From Lingula anatina (Eukaryota; Animalia; Brachiopoda), in assembly GCA_051362555.1 (NCBI GenBank), contig CM120649.1, positions 2,418,001 through 2,482,000 of the forward strand: 64,000 bases of DNA, read 5' to 3'. The position numbers and the translations under genes were made by a program. Below, in pieces: positions 39,277 to 50,589 of the stretch. The stretch's first letter is position 1. Each line of letters begins with the position of its first letter. Below the pieces are notes generated by a model. The model was not told the DNA's origin. It saw only the letters and a program-made list of their open reading frames with translations, and searched no databases.

Positions 39277-41106
39277 ATGGCATCAAAGAAGTTGTACGAG
39301 GAGTTCAGTGACAATTTTCTCACGTGTCACATCTGTCTTCACGAGTACGATGACCCGCGTGTCCTCCCGTGCTATCACACTTTCTGCCTGGCTTGTCTTG
39401 CCCAGCACGTGGCAGCGAGTGGGACGGGAGGCAACATCACGTGTCCAGTGTGTCGCCAGGAGACGCCTGTTCCACAAGGTGGGCTGGAGAAACTTGTCCG
39501 TAACTTCTTTTTGTCCAAGGTAAAGGAGTTCATGTTGACAACAGAGAGTAAAAGCAAAATGTGCGGTAACTGTGACTCACAAGTTGCTCAATTTTACTGT
39601 CAAGATTGCAAACATTTTTTCTGTGAAAACTGTCGACAAAAACAGCATGACGCTATAAAATTTCTGCAGGGACACACAATGATTTCAGAGTCTGATCACG
39701 ATAAGCAAGTCCAGGAAGAAATGGACGCTACGCTATTTTGTGATAAACACAAAGGACAACAGTTAACCTTTTATTGCACAGATGACAATGTTGTTGTGTG
39801 TCGTGATTGTATTCTCACCAAACACAACAAACACAACTGTGTAGACATTGCAGATGTAGCTGAAATCCACAAAGAAAAAATGAATAGTGCCGTTAATGAT
39901 GTATCTAAGAACATTTCACTATTTGAAAATGCAGAGTCGGAAATATCTAAGCAACAGAAAGATACAACTGACGCCGTAAACAAAACGGTGACCGACATAC
40001 AACAACAGGAGGCGGATATTATAAAAGAGGTTCAGCGTATTTCTGCTCGGTTGATAACAGAAGCAAAAGACCACGCCGCAACGCACATGAAGTTACTCGA
40101 GGCTGAGAAAGATCGCGTTCAACTACAGAAAGTATCCATCCACAGCACATGTGAGTTTGCCAAACAGCTTGTTCAACATGGCTCCCACACGGAGGTGATG
40201 ACACACGCTAAAAATATCCAAGCAAGGATGAAAGAACTGAACAATGTCAGACCCACCATACAGGTTAAAACAACAGAGATCACTTTCAGTAAAGGAAAAC
40301 TTCCAGTGGACTTCTTTGGTCGTGTGACCATGTTAGAATGGATAGGTGAGTTTGAAAGCAGTATGAACTATGTATGGGACATATCGTGCAGTCAAAGTGG
40401 AACAATATATTTAGTTTCTGTTATATCGTGTAAACTTACAGCAATATCACCATCTCATGAGGTGATATTTCAGATTAATGTACCAGACCCCAGGTGTGTC
40501 ACCGTGCTCAGTGATGACAGACTGGTGGTTACATGTAATGATGGATGCCGAGTGTATTCCTCCTCCGGGCAACATGTCAAAACATTTGGTCAGGGTGACA
40601 TGTCTAGACCCCAGGGTGTTACAGTGGACAACAATGGACACATACTTGTCTGTGACACGGGCAATAAATGTATCTGTGTGTATGACGCTGTGCAGTACAA
40701 TCTTATCAATAAGATCAGTGTCCCTATGTGTGAAGATCCAAGATACATTACAGTTCTCCCATGTCGTGACACCATTGTGGTGAGTGACTGTAATGGACCC
40801 TGTGTATATGGAGTGACCCCCCAGGGTGATGTAGTGTTCCAGTATGGTACACCAGGTGAGAGCGGCTCATGTGATGGATACCTGGACTCCCCCTGTGGAA
40901 TGTGTACAGACAGCGTGGGGCACATCTTCGTTGCTGATTGGGGGAATTACAGGGTGGTTGTTCTGACCTCAGATGGTCAGCTGTTGAGATACCTGGTGGG
41001 TCCACAGCAGGTTTCAAAACCAGTAGATGTGACCATTGATAACAAAGGACAGCTTGTAGTGGGGGAGTATAGAGGCAAGGTGAAAACATTTCGCTATGTT
41101 CATTAA
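39277..41106 (+). CDS. TRIM-NHL E3 ubiquitin ligase paralog 2, 609 aa, intronless
   Basis: Same domain order as paralog 1. The ATG at 39277 (MASKKLYEEF) aligns with both paralogs. There is a 6-aa deletion before the first NHL blade (LEWIGEF versus LEWLNAASLVGEF). Confidence 0.95.
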   Translation: MASKKLYEEFSDNFLTCHICLHEYDDPRVLPCYHTFCLACLAQHVAASGTGGNITCPVCRQETPVPQGGLEKLVRNFFLSKVKEFMLTTESKSKMCGNCDSQVAQFYCQDCKHFFCENCRQKQHDAIKFLQGHTMISESDHDKQVQEEMDATLFCDKHKGQQLTFYCTDDNVVVCRDCILTKHNKHNCVDIADVAEIHKEKMNSAVNDVSKNISLFENAESEISKQQKDTTDAVNKTVTDIQQQEADIIKEVQRISARLITEAKDHAATHMKLLEAEKDRVQLQKVSIHSTCEFAKQLVQHGSHTEVMTHAKNIQARMKELNNVRPTIQVKTTEITFSKGKLPVDFFGRVTMLEWIGEFESSMNYVWDISCSQSGTIYLVSVISCKLTAISPSHEVIFQINVPDPRCVTVLSDDRLVVTCNDGCRVYSSSGQHVKTFGQGDMSRPQGVTVDNNGHILVCDTGNKCICVYDAVQYNLINKISVPMCEDPRYITVLPCRDTIVVSDCNGPCVYGVTPQGDVVFQYGTPGESGSCDGYLDSPCGMCTDSVGHIFVADWGNYRVVVLTSDGQLLRYLVGPQQVSKPVDVTIDNKGQLVVGEYRGKVKTFRYVH

Positions 41107-41110
41107 CTAC

Positions 41111-41685
41111 TGTAGCTGCACTCAGTCAAATAAAGGAAGTCTCTAACTGGTTGAATTTTATTGAATTCAAACGTAAAACTGAAAGAAAATAAAATAAAAC
41201 AAAATAAATAACAGAACAAAAATTGTAGCGAAAAATACTGAAAACAAATTTAAATACAAAATAACCTAAAAATTGATAACAAATTTACACGAAGTACATA
41301 CGAAAGTGTAAGAGAAAGGATAGACGGAAACGTTGCAAAGACCCAAAGCCGGAGAAGTTTACGTTACTTTAGCGTTGAAATAATTTACCTTACCCCCGAC
41401 CAAGTGTGCTAATATCGTTATAAAAGGATAGATAGAAACGTTGAAATACCCAAAGCCAGAGAAGTTTACGTTATCGTTGAAATAATTACCTTTTCCTCCG
41501 ACTGGGTGTGCTAAAATGGTGTCGTTAGAGTATCCGTACCGTTCTGTGTAAGAAAGTGAAGTGAGCAAAAAGAAATAGAGAGGAGGCCTTATATACGTTG
41601 TGGAATGAAAACTGTTCAGTGCAGGGTGTGGTACAGGCATGTGACGGTGCGGTTAGGTAAGTGCGGTGGCCTGTAACGTTATAAT

Positions 41686-41732
<47 letters not shown>

Positions 41733-41822
41733 AAACAGAGAAAGAACGGAAAATGTACTTCGAATGAATAATGAGAAATAAATAAATAAATAAAATAAAA
41801 TAAAATGTCGCGGGCAGTTACA
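41111..41822 (-). repeat. 3' LTR (712 bp)
   Basis: By eye it differs from the 5' LTR only by one substitution (~41284) and (GA)n length. Confidence 0.95.
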
Positions 41823-42154
41823 CTCCCACCAAAATCAAAATGATTTTAAGTAAATAAAGAAATCTAACTGCTACGTTATGAATACGCAATTACCACTGAA
41901 TGCTAGCAATTAGAAAAACAGTAAATTAAATGTAAATGAACCATTAAACGGTTACTGCTGGCTTTCCCTTATTGAAGCAATGTACGTTATACAAATAAAC
42001 TTAATGAATCCAGTCTTTCAATGATATATAATCATTTTAAGCAAATATGTAGACTCGTTCCAATAGTGTCCATTATCATCAGAAATATATCACTGTCACT
42101 GCAATAAAGTCATTGTAGTAATGTCACTATAATGTATGTACACATGTAAACACT

Positions 42155-45100
42155 TTAATTTTCAACCAATAATACCAGTTTTTGTACATTTCGCTCAAGA
42201 ATGGAAGATCGCAAAGTTCCAGAACAACCCGTTCTGACTTTAACTCTTCTCACAAGTCCGTCATCGTCTGCATTGGCTTCCACCACTCGAGCCAGAGGCC
42301 ACTGGTTTCGAGGAAGTTCTATATCTTTGATCAAAACAACATCTCCTTTCTGCATATTACGACGAGGTTCATGCCACTTCTGTCGCAGAGATATTTGACT
42401 GATGTATTCCTTTTTCCACCTAGACCAAAACTGTTCTAGCAAATATTGGACGCGTCTCCAGCGCTTTCGTAGAAAGAGATCTTCCCTGACGAAATTACCT
42501 GGAGGAGGAAACGGTATGTCAGCCTTGGCGGTCAAAATGTGATTTGGAGTGAGCGGTTCGAGAGTTTTCGGATCATTGATTTCACTCACTGTTAATGGTC
42601 TGCTATTGACGATCGACATGACCTCGTAGAAAACGGTCCTGAGAGATGAATCGTCCATTCTACCTGGGCACAATTGAAGCACGGAATTAAGAATTTCCCT
42701 CACAGTTCTTATTTGCCTCTCCCACACTCCTCCGGTGTGGCTTGCGTGGGGCGCATTAAGAATGAAGTCACATTGTCTTTTGGTTAGAAACGTTGCTATC
42801 TTGTTGCTGTCCACTCGATGTTGAAATTCGTTAATCGCGCCAATGAAGTTGGAACCTTGGTCTGAACGGATCTGTCTAACAGCACCACGAATCGCAATGA
42901 AACACCGTAAAGCGTTGATGAAAGAATCAGTTGACATGTCATCTAACAACTCGATGTGGATTGCACGTGAACACATACAAGTTATCAAAAGTCCATACCT
43001 TTTTATTTCTTTGCGTCCCTGTTTAACGAGAAAAGGCCCCAAACAGTCTATACCGCAGTAGGTGAAGGGTGGCGTTGGTTCTACGCGATCCTTGGGTAAA
43101 TCTGCCATTTTCTGGGACTCGGTCGGCCTTCTCAATTTTCTGCAAGTAACACACTGACTAATGAATTTTGCGACGACTTTGCTGCCACCTACAATCCAAA
43201 AACCAAGGGATCGAAGCTTGTTGAGAGTCATACCTCTGCCCTGGTGTTGGGAGTCCGTGTGAGCATAATCAAGAATCAGTCGCGTAACATGATGATTCTT
43301 TGGTAGGATGGATGGACGTTTTAATGGCGTTGGAAAACCTGCTTTCCGTAATCGGCCGCCGTTCCGAAGAAGACCATCTTCAAGAACCAGATCTTGGGGG
43401 TGAAGCTGATGCGTCTTAAGTAACGTGGTAGCTGCATCGAGGGCACTGAATGCGTCTGGAAGTGCATCGCGTTGGGTAAGCATAACAAGAGATTTTTCTG
43501 CCTTTCTTCTTTCTTCAATAGTCAGAGTCTGTGTTCCATTTACACCATTTGCAATTCGTTGGATCCTCCCCATCTCAGACACGGTTTTCCACGAACAAGA
43601 GAATCTCGTAAAGAGGTCAAGGATATTTGGCATTGTAGACGTAACTGCAGTACACAATGAAAAGGCTCTCACCTCTGGATCCCTCAACTGTAGTTCTGTA
43701 GTGACACGTTCCAGTTTCACCTGCCGTTGCCAAGGAAAGGAGGGTCCAGTCAACCGTGGTGGTTTGGAGATTTCAGGAACGCTGCCTTTGTCATAAGCGA
43801 AGTCCTTTTCTGTTACTCTGATGACTTTTGAAGAACACTGAGGTAGTTCTTTGACGGCTGTACGATGAGCAATGACAACGTTGACATTGGCACTTGGAGG
43901 AGTAGAGTATCCCACCACGCTCCAACCAAGCAGAGTCCTGACTGCAAAAGGCTGATTTTCTTTTCCAATTAAGACCTTTCTAGGAGCTAGAGCCATCGGA
44001 CAGTTGTACCCAATCAAAAGGCCTACCTCACATGACTGTAGGGGTGGTAACTCGGCACTAAGTTGCTGTAAATGTGGCCACTTACTAACTGTTTCCGTCA
44101 CTGCAATGTGAGATCGATTTGCTGGTATGAAATCTCTGGTAAAACAGGCATTGATGGGCACAATTTCAGATGAGTTGAAGGCTCTTACTTGTAAACTGGA
44201 AATCCGGGAACTGTTAATAACTGTGTTTGAAGCGGTCATTGTTGACAACGATAAACGTGCGGGCTGTCCGGTAATCTGCAATGCTGTAGCCGTCTCTTGT
44301 AGAATAAAGGAAGTGTCGCTCTGTGTGTCCAAGAGAGCATACGTCAGGATTTCCTTTGACGGATTTTCCCTACTGGAAACCCACACCGGAACTATCATGG
44401 AGGTGCTGTCATCTTTACCTTGGTCAATCTGGAGAGAATTTGCTGCCTGGTACTCTGTTGACGGTTGTGGACGCGCTAACTGAAAGTTGTCATCATGTAA
44501 ACACGTGGGATGTCTTCCCTGGCATTTTTCGCATCTTAGTTTCCGTTTACAAGTGTTGTTGTGATGGCCGTGACGTAAACACCCGTAACATAGATTGTTC
44601 TCACGAATAAAAGTGCGTTTGTGATCAAGGGTTAGAGATCTAAATTTTTCACACTGTGAAATGAAATGTTCTTTCTGGCAGTAACTGCAGACATACACAG
44701 GAGGACTGGAACTAGTGGTAAGAACTTTGGCATTACCTTTGACCTTGTGAACGGCAGCAGCAGTCGTAGCGTTGAGGGCGTGTATCGACGAAATCGGGTT
44801 GCAGGCAATTCTTGCTTCCTTGGTCACAAACTCCACAAACATGTGAAAGGGAGGGTATTCACCTGTAATGTCAATACACTGCGTCACTTCACGGTTCCAT
44901 CTCACTGTCACCCACTCTGGCAGTTTGGCGATGAGCTTCTGGTTTTCTGTACAATCGTTTAAAATGCGCAGATTAGGCACGTGTGGAATTGCATCATGAC
45001 AGGCTTGCAGAAAGTCACCAAAGTCCCTCAGAGCTACAGGGTCGTTGGTTGGGATCTTAGGCCACGTGTCTAGTTTGTCTCGGAAGGCTTTCTGTACTAC

Positions 45101-45646
45101 GAAGGGGTGTCCGTAACGCTCATCCAGAATTTTCCATGCGCTGTGAAACGCAGAGGGGCTGTTGCTGTAGAAAAACCCTTCAAGTGCTTTACGTGCTGGA
45201 TATCCCACATACCTCTTTAAGTAGAAGATCCTTTCTTCAGGGGGTATACCTTTTCGTTCTATGAGCATCTGAAAGGATGTCTTCCATTCTAAGTACTGTA
45301 GTGGATCTCCAGTAAAAACGCTGGGTTCTGGTATCGGCAATCTGTTAAGGTTCATGGAATCGGTCAGAGCTTTAACTAGAGTGTTCATATCCTGTAGCGA
45401 CGACGCAGGTGTAGCGGCGCTGGTATTCTGTGAAGTGTCAACGTGACTCCCACCATCGCAAGGCTCGGCCTGATCTCGACTCTCGGTTGTAGCAGAATCA
45501 CCGGTAGAGCGTTTGGCACTGGTCATATGCGCTCTTTCACGTTTTCTTGCTTCTAAATATTCTGCCATTCTTTTTGTCACTTTCTGTTTTCGTTGAGTCC
45601 TTCTTACACTTTCCTCTGTCTCACTGTTACTTTCGGGTTTGTCCAT
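42155..45646 (-). CDS. BEL/Pao Gag-protease-integrase polyprotein lacking reverse transcriptase and most of RNase H
   Basis: Gag (FTGDPLQYLEWKTSF), three Cys/His knuckles, aspartic protease ALLDTQSDT, integrase HHCC (H..H..CVTC) and DDE (GIDCLGP, RSDQGSNF, GVWERQIR). No YxDD RT motif is present. The first ATG is at 45646; the ORF track starts at an upstream non-ATG codon. Confidence 0.9.
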   Translation of the reverse strand: MDKPESNSETEESVRRTQRKQKVTKRMAEYLEARKRERAHMTSAKRSTGDSATTESRDQAEPCDGGSHVDTSQNTSAATPASSLQDMNTLVKALTDSMNLNRLPIPEPSVFTGDPLQYLEWKTSFQMLIERKGIPPEERIFYLKRYVGYPARKALEGFFYSNSPSAFHSAWKILDERYGHPFVVQKAFRDKLDTWPKIPTNDPVALRDFGDFLQACHDAIPHVPNLRILNDCTENQKLIAKLPEWVTVRWNREVTQCIDITGEYPPFHMFVEFVTKEARIACNPISSIHALNATTAAAVHKVKGNAKVLTTSSSPPVYVCSYCQKEHFISQCEKFRSLTLDHKRTFIRENNLCYGCLRHGHHNNTCKRKLRCEKCQGRHPTCLHDDNFQLARPQPSTEYQAANSLQIDQGKDDSTSMIVPVWVSSRENPSKEILTYALLDTQSDTSFILQETATALQITGQPARLSLSTMTASNTVINSSRISSLQVRAFNSSEIVPINACFTRDFIPANRSHIAVTETVSKWPHLQQLSAELPPLQSCEVGLLIGYNCPMALAPRKVLIGKENQPFAVRTLLGWSVVGYSTPPSANVNVVIAHRTAVKELPQCSSKVIRVTEKDFAYDKGSVPEISKPPRLTGPSFPWQRQVKLERVTTELQLRDPEVRAFSLCTAVTSTMPNILDLFTRFSCSWKTVSEMGRIQRIANGVNGTQTLTIEERRKAEKSLVMLTQRDALPDAFSALDAATTLLKTHQLHPQDLVLEDGLLRNGGRLRKAGFPTPLKRPSILPKNHHVTRLILDYAHTDSQHQGRGMTLNKLRSLGFWIVGGSKVVAKFISQCVTCRKLRRPTESQKMADLPKDRVEPTPPFTYCGIDCLGPFLVKQGRKEIKRYGLLITCMCSRAIHIELLDDMSTDSFINALRCFIAIRGAVRQIRSDQGSNFIGAINEFQHRVDSNKIATFLTKRQCDFILNAPHASHTGGVWERQIRTVREILNSVLQLCPGRMDDSSLRTVFYEVMSIVNSRPLTVSEINDPKTLEPLTPNHILTAKADIPFPPPGNFVREDLFLRKRWRRVQYLLEQFWSRWKKEYISQISLRQKWHEPRRNMQKGDVVLIKDIELPRNQWPLARVVEANADDDGLVRRVKVRTGCSGTLRSSILERNVQKLVLLVEN

Positions 45647-45677
45647 GAACACCAATTGTCCGTTGAATAGCTATGGG

Positions 45678-45935
45678 GATGGAGATTGCACCGTTGACCC
45701 TCACGGGAGGAGAGATTGCACCGTTGGCCCCCACGGGAGGAGAGACTGCACCGTTGGCCCCCACGGGAGGAGAGACTGCACCGTTGGCCCCCACGGGAGG
45801 AGAGACTGCACCGTTGGTCCCCACGGGAGGAGAGACTGCACCGTTGGTCCCCACGGGAAGAGAGGCTGCACCGTTGGTCCCCACGGGAAGAGAGGCTGCA
45901 CCGTTGGTCCCCACGGGAAGAGAGACTCCACCGGA
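45678..45935. repeat. 30-bp minisatellite, about 8 copies, in the retrotransposon 5' leader
   Basis: Unit ccgttggtccccacgggaggagagactgca repeated head-to-tail with graded variants. Confidence 0.95.
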
Positions 45936-45947
45936 GATAAGTTTTAC

Positions 45948-46522
45948 TGTAGCTGCACTCAGTCAAATAAAGGAAGTCTCTAACTGGTTGAATTTTATTG
46001 AATTCAAACGTAAAACTGAAAGAAAATAAAATAAAACAAAATAAATAACAGAACAAAAATTGTAGCGAAAAATACTGAAAACAAATTTAAATACAAAATA
46101 ACCTAAAAATTGATAACAAAATTACACGAAGTACATACGAAAGTGTAAGAGAAAGGATAGACGGAAACGTTGCAAAGACCCAAAGCCGGAGAAGTTTACG
46201 TTACTTTAGCGTTGAAATAATTTACCTTACCCCCGACCAAGTGTGCTAATATCGTTATAAAAGGATAGATAGAAACGTTGAAATACCCAAAGCCAGAGAA
46301 GTTTACGTTATCGTTGAAATAATTACCTTTTCCTCCGACTGGGTGTGCTAAAATGGTGTCGTTAGAGTATCCGTACCGTTCTGTGTAAGAAAGTGAAGTG
46401 AGCAAAAAGAAATAGAGAGGAGGCCTTATATACGTTGTGGAATGAAAACTGTTCAGTGCAGGGTGTGGTACAGGCATGTGACGGTGCGGTTAGGTAAGTG
46501 CGGTGGCCTGTAACGTTATAAT

Positions 46523-46563
<41 letters not shown>

Positions 46564-46653
46564 AAACAGAGAAAGAACGGAAAATGTACTTCGAATGAAT
46601 AATGAGAAATAAATAAATAAATAAAATAAAATAAAATGTCGCGGGCAGTTACA
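45948..46653 (-). repeat. 5' LTR (706 bp)
   Basis: Direct repeat of 41111-41822. On the minus strand the internal region begins GTAAAAC. Confidence 0.95.
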
Positions 46654-48003
46654 ACTACAATTTAAGTATCAGACGTTAACCAGCCGACATCATTTTTAAC
46701 ACAAAAAGAAAGAAGAATTACAGCGAAACTGTGCAAACATTGCTTGTAGAACACATAATTATGGATATTTTTTTCGAAATTATATCTGTTATATTGGAAG
46801 GTGATGATATTGTTTTTTTTCTTTAACAATTAGTTATACGATCATGTAGGAGTGGGAAAGTAAAATTAATCGTTATTTACGTTTAAATTCCACACACTAG
46901 CTAATTTAATGTCGGGGTTGAAAAGTGAAAACAAAACAAATTTATTTGTTTTTTTTTTTTATTTTTTTACTCTTTTCGCACTTTTACAGCCATGTTACGG
47001 TGTTATAAAAGTACAATCTTTTATTTGAGCAAAAAATAGTTTGATATGTTTTTCAGAAAAGGACAATACGACAAGTGATTTAACCTTCATTGAATCAAAT
47101 GTACGTGTAACAAGCTTGCACGATCTCTTGTATTATTGTAAATAAATGCTTTTAAAAATATCATCAGTAATACCAGTATTTACTGTGAGACCAGCAGGTA
47201 TATTGTAACACTAACGTAAGCGCTGGGACATTATGGTTTTATCTCCAACCACCGCGATATCCACATGAAGGCGGATACAAGTCACCGTTACCGCATCTCC
47301 TACACACTACACGTGGATTAGCTACTAAGACCTGAGGTCACACTCTTAACTTGCAATTGAACTCCTAGGTTTTAGGTTCTGTCGATGCATTTGTATAGTT
47401 CGAAATGCACTCTTGTCACATATTTACAAAAGCAAACGAGCAATATTTTATTAATTCTATGATATCCTTCTTTTCATGTACAAAAATGAGTCTGGACATT
47501 TGCTGTATCTTATTGTACAAAAAAAAAAGAAAATTAATTGCTGACTCTCTCTCTCTCAGTCTCTCTTTCTCTCTCTCTCAAATATTCGCAAAACAATTTT
47601 AACTAACGGTCTTTACGAAGTTGAGAGTGCCGTTTCCTTGGAAGTACCACATTTTTTTTCATTTTAGCGGTAATTTTCAAGCCCAAGACCGCTGACTATA
47701 AAATTGATGGCTTGGCGTTCCGGTATGTTTTTTTAATTTATTAATTTTTCATTTCACAAGTAAAAGTTTGAGCATTCGATGACGATCGCGAGATCGTCTA
47801 CTTCTCCATGAGTTGGCTTCTCTGTAAGCTTCATACACGGCCGCGTCCTCTTTCTTCGTTTTTTTATTTTTCATCGACAGCAAGGTGTCGGTAATTTCCG
47901 GTATCAACTCAAAATCTTTATACGAGTGTAACAAATAAATCGCACACACTCACACACACACACACACGCGCGCGCGCGCTCAAGAATTGCTAAAAGTAAC
48001 CTG

Positions 48004-48006
<3 letters not shown>

Positions 48007-48073
<67 letters not shown>
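48007..48073. repeat. (TA)n microsatellite followed by poly-T
   Basis: Visible directly. Confidence 0.95.
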
Positions 48074-48093
<20 letters not shown>

Positions 48094-48542
48094 CTTTCGG
48101 TTTTCACCCTGTATAATTAACAAGTTAAAGGTTGTTTCCACGCTTCCAAGTATTGTAGACATTGACAGGATAGTGCTGGAAGTGACGTGTAGTGGTTTAA
48201 GACGTGAAACTGAGTGTTCATTTTTAGCTGGAAGTGAAGGGGAGTGAAGACGTGGGCTCAGAGATTATAAAGGCGTCTTCTTCCAACAAAACAGTGAGAC
48301 ATCATTTTTTTTTTTGGGGGGGGAGGGGGGCATTTTGGGCAGAGAATACTTGTAGAAATAATATGCACATGTTATGAAAACGTGTTACGAAACCTGAAGA
48401 TCTAAAATAGTGCTTAATTTGCAGTTAATTTGTTTTGTCATATATGCTGTATCGACCGACAGCGCGACAAAGAGCATCAAGGGAAAAGCATTAATACATT
48501 AATTTAACCAGTATATATTATTATATTTCCACGTGTTCCGCG

Positions 48543-48764
48543 TCGGGAATTAAGGTGTACAGGTATATCAGCCGCGTTCCATCCAACGTGGAAGTCAAGA
48601 TGCGCCAACAGAATGTCGAGTTGATCCGCAGCAGGAAGAAGTTCTATGCCCAGTACATCGATATCTCTGAAAGTAATAAAGTTAAGGAATTTTTAAGGAG
48701 GCAAGAAGGGACTTCTATCGGTCTACAGCTTTTTAACGGCGAGGAATACTTTCTGACACTGTAA
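48543..48764 (+). pseudogene. SH3BGRL: SH3BGRL-like pseudogene copy 2 (no ATG, 3' deleted)
   Basis: SGIKVYRYISRVPSNVEVKMRQQNVELI..AQYIDIS..KEFLR..QLFNGEEY, then a jump to sequence matching the 3' flank of copy 1 (gacactgt.aagacg, ~22050). Confidence 0.75.
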
Positions 48765-49569
48765 AGACGACAAGACTCGCAAATGTACATGTATAATGTA
48801 CTTCAACCGCCATTTTGACGAAAACCTCACAACATATTTCAAAAAGAGAAATGTCTGAAGTTGGACGAGCTAACATGATTGTATTATACATATTGGTACA
48901 TAATAAGTAATAAAAAAAATAAATAAATACACGGGGCGTTACCACAAAATATAACTTGCCCTTAAAGCATTATACCGGGGCACATATTCAGTGTGCTGCG
49001 GATTGAAAAATAAGAAAATTATTCAATGTTTTGCACTCTTACAAGAGAAATATTATTTTGCAATCCAGGCTTAAATTCTTTATGCACCTGGCATTTGAAT
49101 TCACATTTCCTCATATAGTGTCGCGCGTGAGCTGTTAACCTACAGGTGTATTTCCGCTGGTCGTGTGTGATGTCGCCCGTGTCACCAGAAATGACATGCA
49201 TATCCGACTGCCATTCAGCGAGAGTCCCTGTGGATTTAACTCAATAGAGCGGTAGTTTCGTTTGGAATGAGCCATTATTTAATAGATTCAGCACATCCTT
49301 TCATGTACAAAGTACGCTAAAATATCGTTTAACGCACGTGTTTTACAGTCTCGTAAGAACTGATAGTGTAAAGCGGGTACCCTCTACCAGGGCCACAGAT
49401 TGATTTTTTATTAGATATTCACAGATATGTCTCTGGCTTATATTAATATCACATTTTTACAAATGAACATAATTCATCTACGGCCATGGCAGAGGGTAAA
49501 ATGCGGGCCTACTATTTATGCAGCGTCGTCGGTTTGTTCAGTTTCTTTGCAGGTATTGTGTAAAGGGCG

Positions 49570-49866
49570 CAGATTCTGCTGTCCAGGCTCCCCTAACACA
49601 TTCTGCTGTCCACGCTCACCTAACACATTCTGACTACTGAACACCCTCTGAAACCTCTCTGAGACCAGTGTATTATCTACGGGTCAACTACGGGTCCATA
49701 TTTGTCGGTTCAGTTTCTTTGCAGGTATTGTGTGAAGGGCGCAGACTGTGCTGTCCAAGCTCACCTAACACATTCTGCTGTCCAAGCTCACCTAACACAT
49801 TCTGCTGTCCACGCTCACCTGAGGCGCATTCTGCTGCCATCGTTCATCTAACGCATTCCGCTGTCT
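49570..49866 (+). repeat. 27-bp minisatellite (ttctgctgtccacgctcacctaacaca) next to the claudin-like exon 3' end
   Basis: Arrays occur here, at ~60745-60840 and at ~63700-63815. A single unit is at ~22695. Confidence 0.8.
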
Positions 49867-50589
49867 AGGAGACCCATTTTGAGCATAAATATAATGTGAC
49901 GCCTTGTCTTATGATTAATACAAGATGCAGTCACTAGATGGCGGTAACATCTCTGGTCGTGTCTGGACTGATGTGACAAGAATGGTAGTCTGCTAGGAAC
50001 CGTAGTCCATTCCCCATAATGCTAAGGACAAATCTTTCGGAACAGGGACACTTTATACATGACAATTATCAATTATCAATTATCAAATATTTCAGATTGT
50101 GTTTGATAATTATCATGTATGATGCAACTACCAAGCTAATAAACATTTTTGCTCAGGAAAATTTTAGTTCATAGCTAGTGAATAGCCAGACAAAACGTGC
50201 ACTAGTGCTCTGTTCAAATATCTGTGGACCTGGCGGAGGGTAGAAACCTTGGCGATAAAGTAAAAGTTACCCAAATTTCAAGGTCGGTAATTACCAATAT
50301 TTGTTATTATTTTGTACCTTGAGCTTTTTATTTGATTTATGTAATATTTACCTTATTTTTGTATTTTGTAATATAAAAGTTTTAAGCACATTATGTGGTA
50401 TGAGCTCGGCCCTATTCTCTTTACACTACACACTTTACCCACTGAGGATATATTTTGTTTGATTTCAATTTGATGTGGTATGTGGATTATTACTAGATAA
50501 ATGTTATATGTAAAAATCCTCATGATGAAAAAGCAATTATTGAGACTTGTATGTATGACATCAGATTTTGGCTCACGATAAACTACATA

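Larger units (their letters stand above)
41111..46653 (-). mobile_element. BEL/Pao LTR retrotransposon, two LTRs, RT/RNase H deleted
   Basis: TG..CA LTRs at 41111-41822 and 45948-46653, 5-bp TSD ACTAC (41106-10 and 46654-58) and a purine tract ggtgggag next to the 3' LTR on the minus strand. The flanks rejoin as taactacaatttaagt, as after TRIM1. Confidence 0.95.

Noticed and set aside
41359-41640. Identical 93-aa ORF in both LTRs
   Set aside because: The identity reflects LTR duplication, and there is no domain signature.
45604-46056. Repetitive ORFs and a CRISPR-like look of the 30-bp array
   Set aside because: The units are head-to-tail with no unique spacers and no cas genes, and the context is eukaryotic. 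The ORFs arise because the 30-bp unit lacks stop codons.
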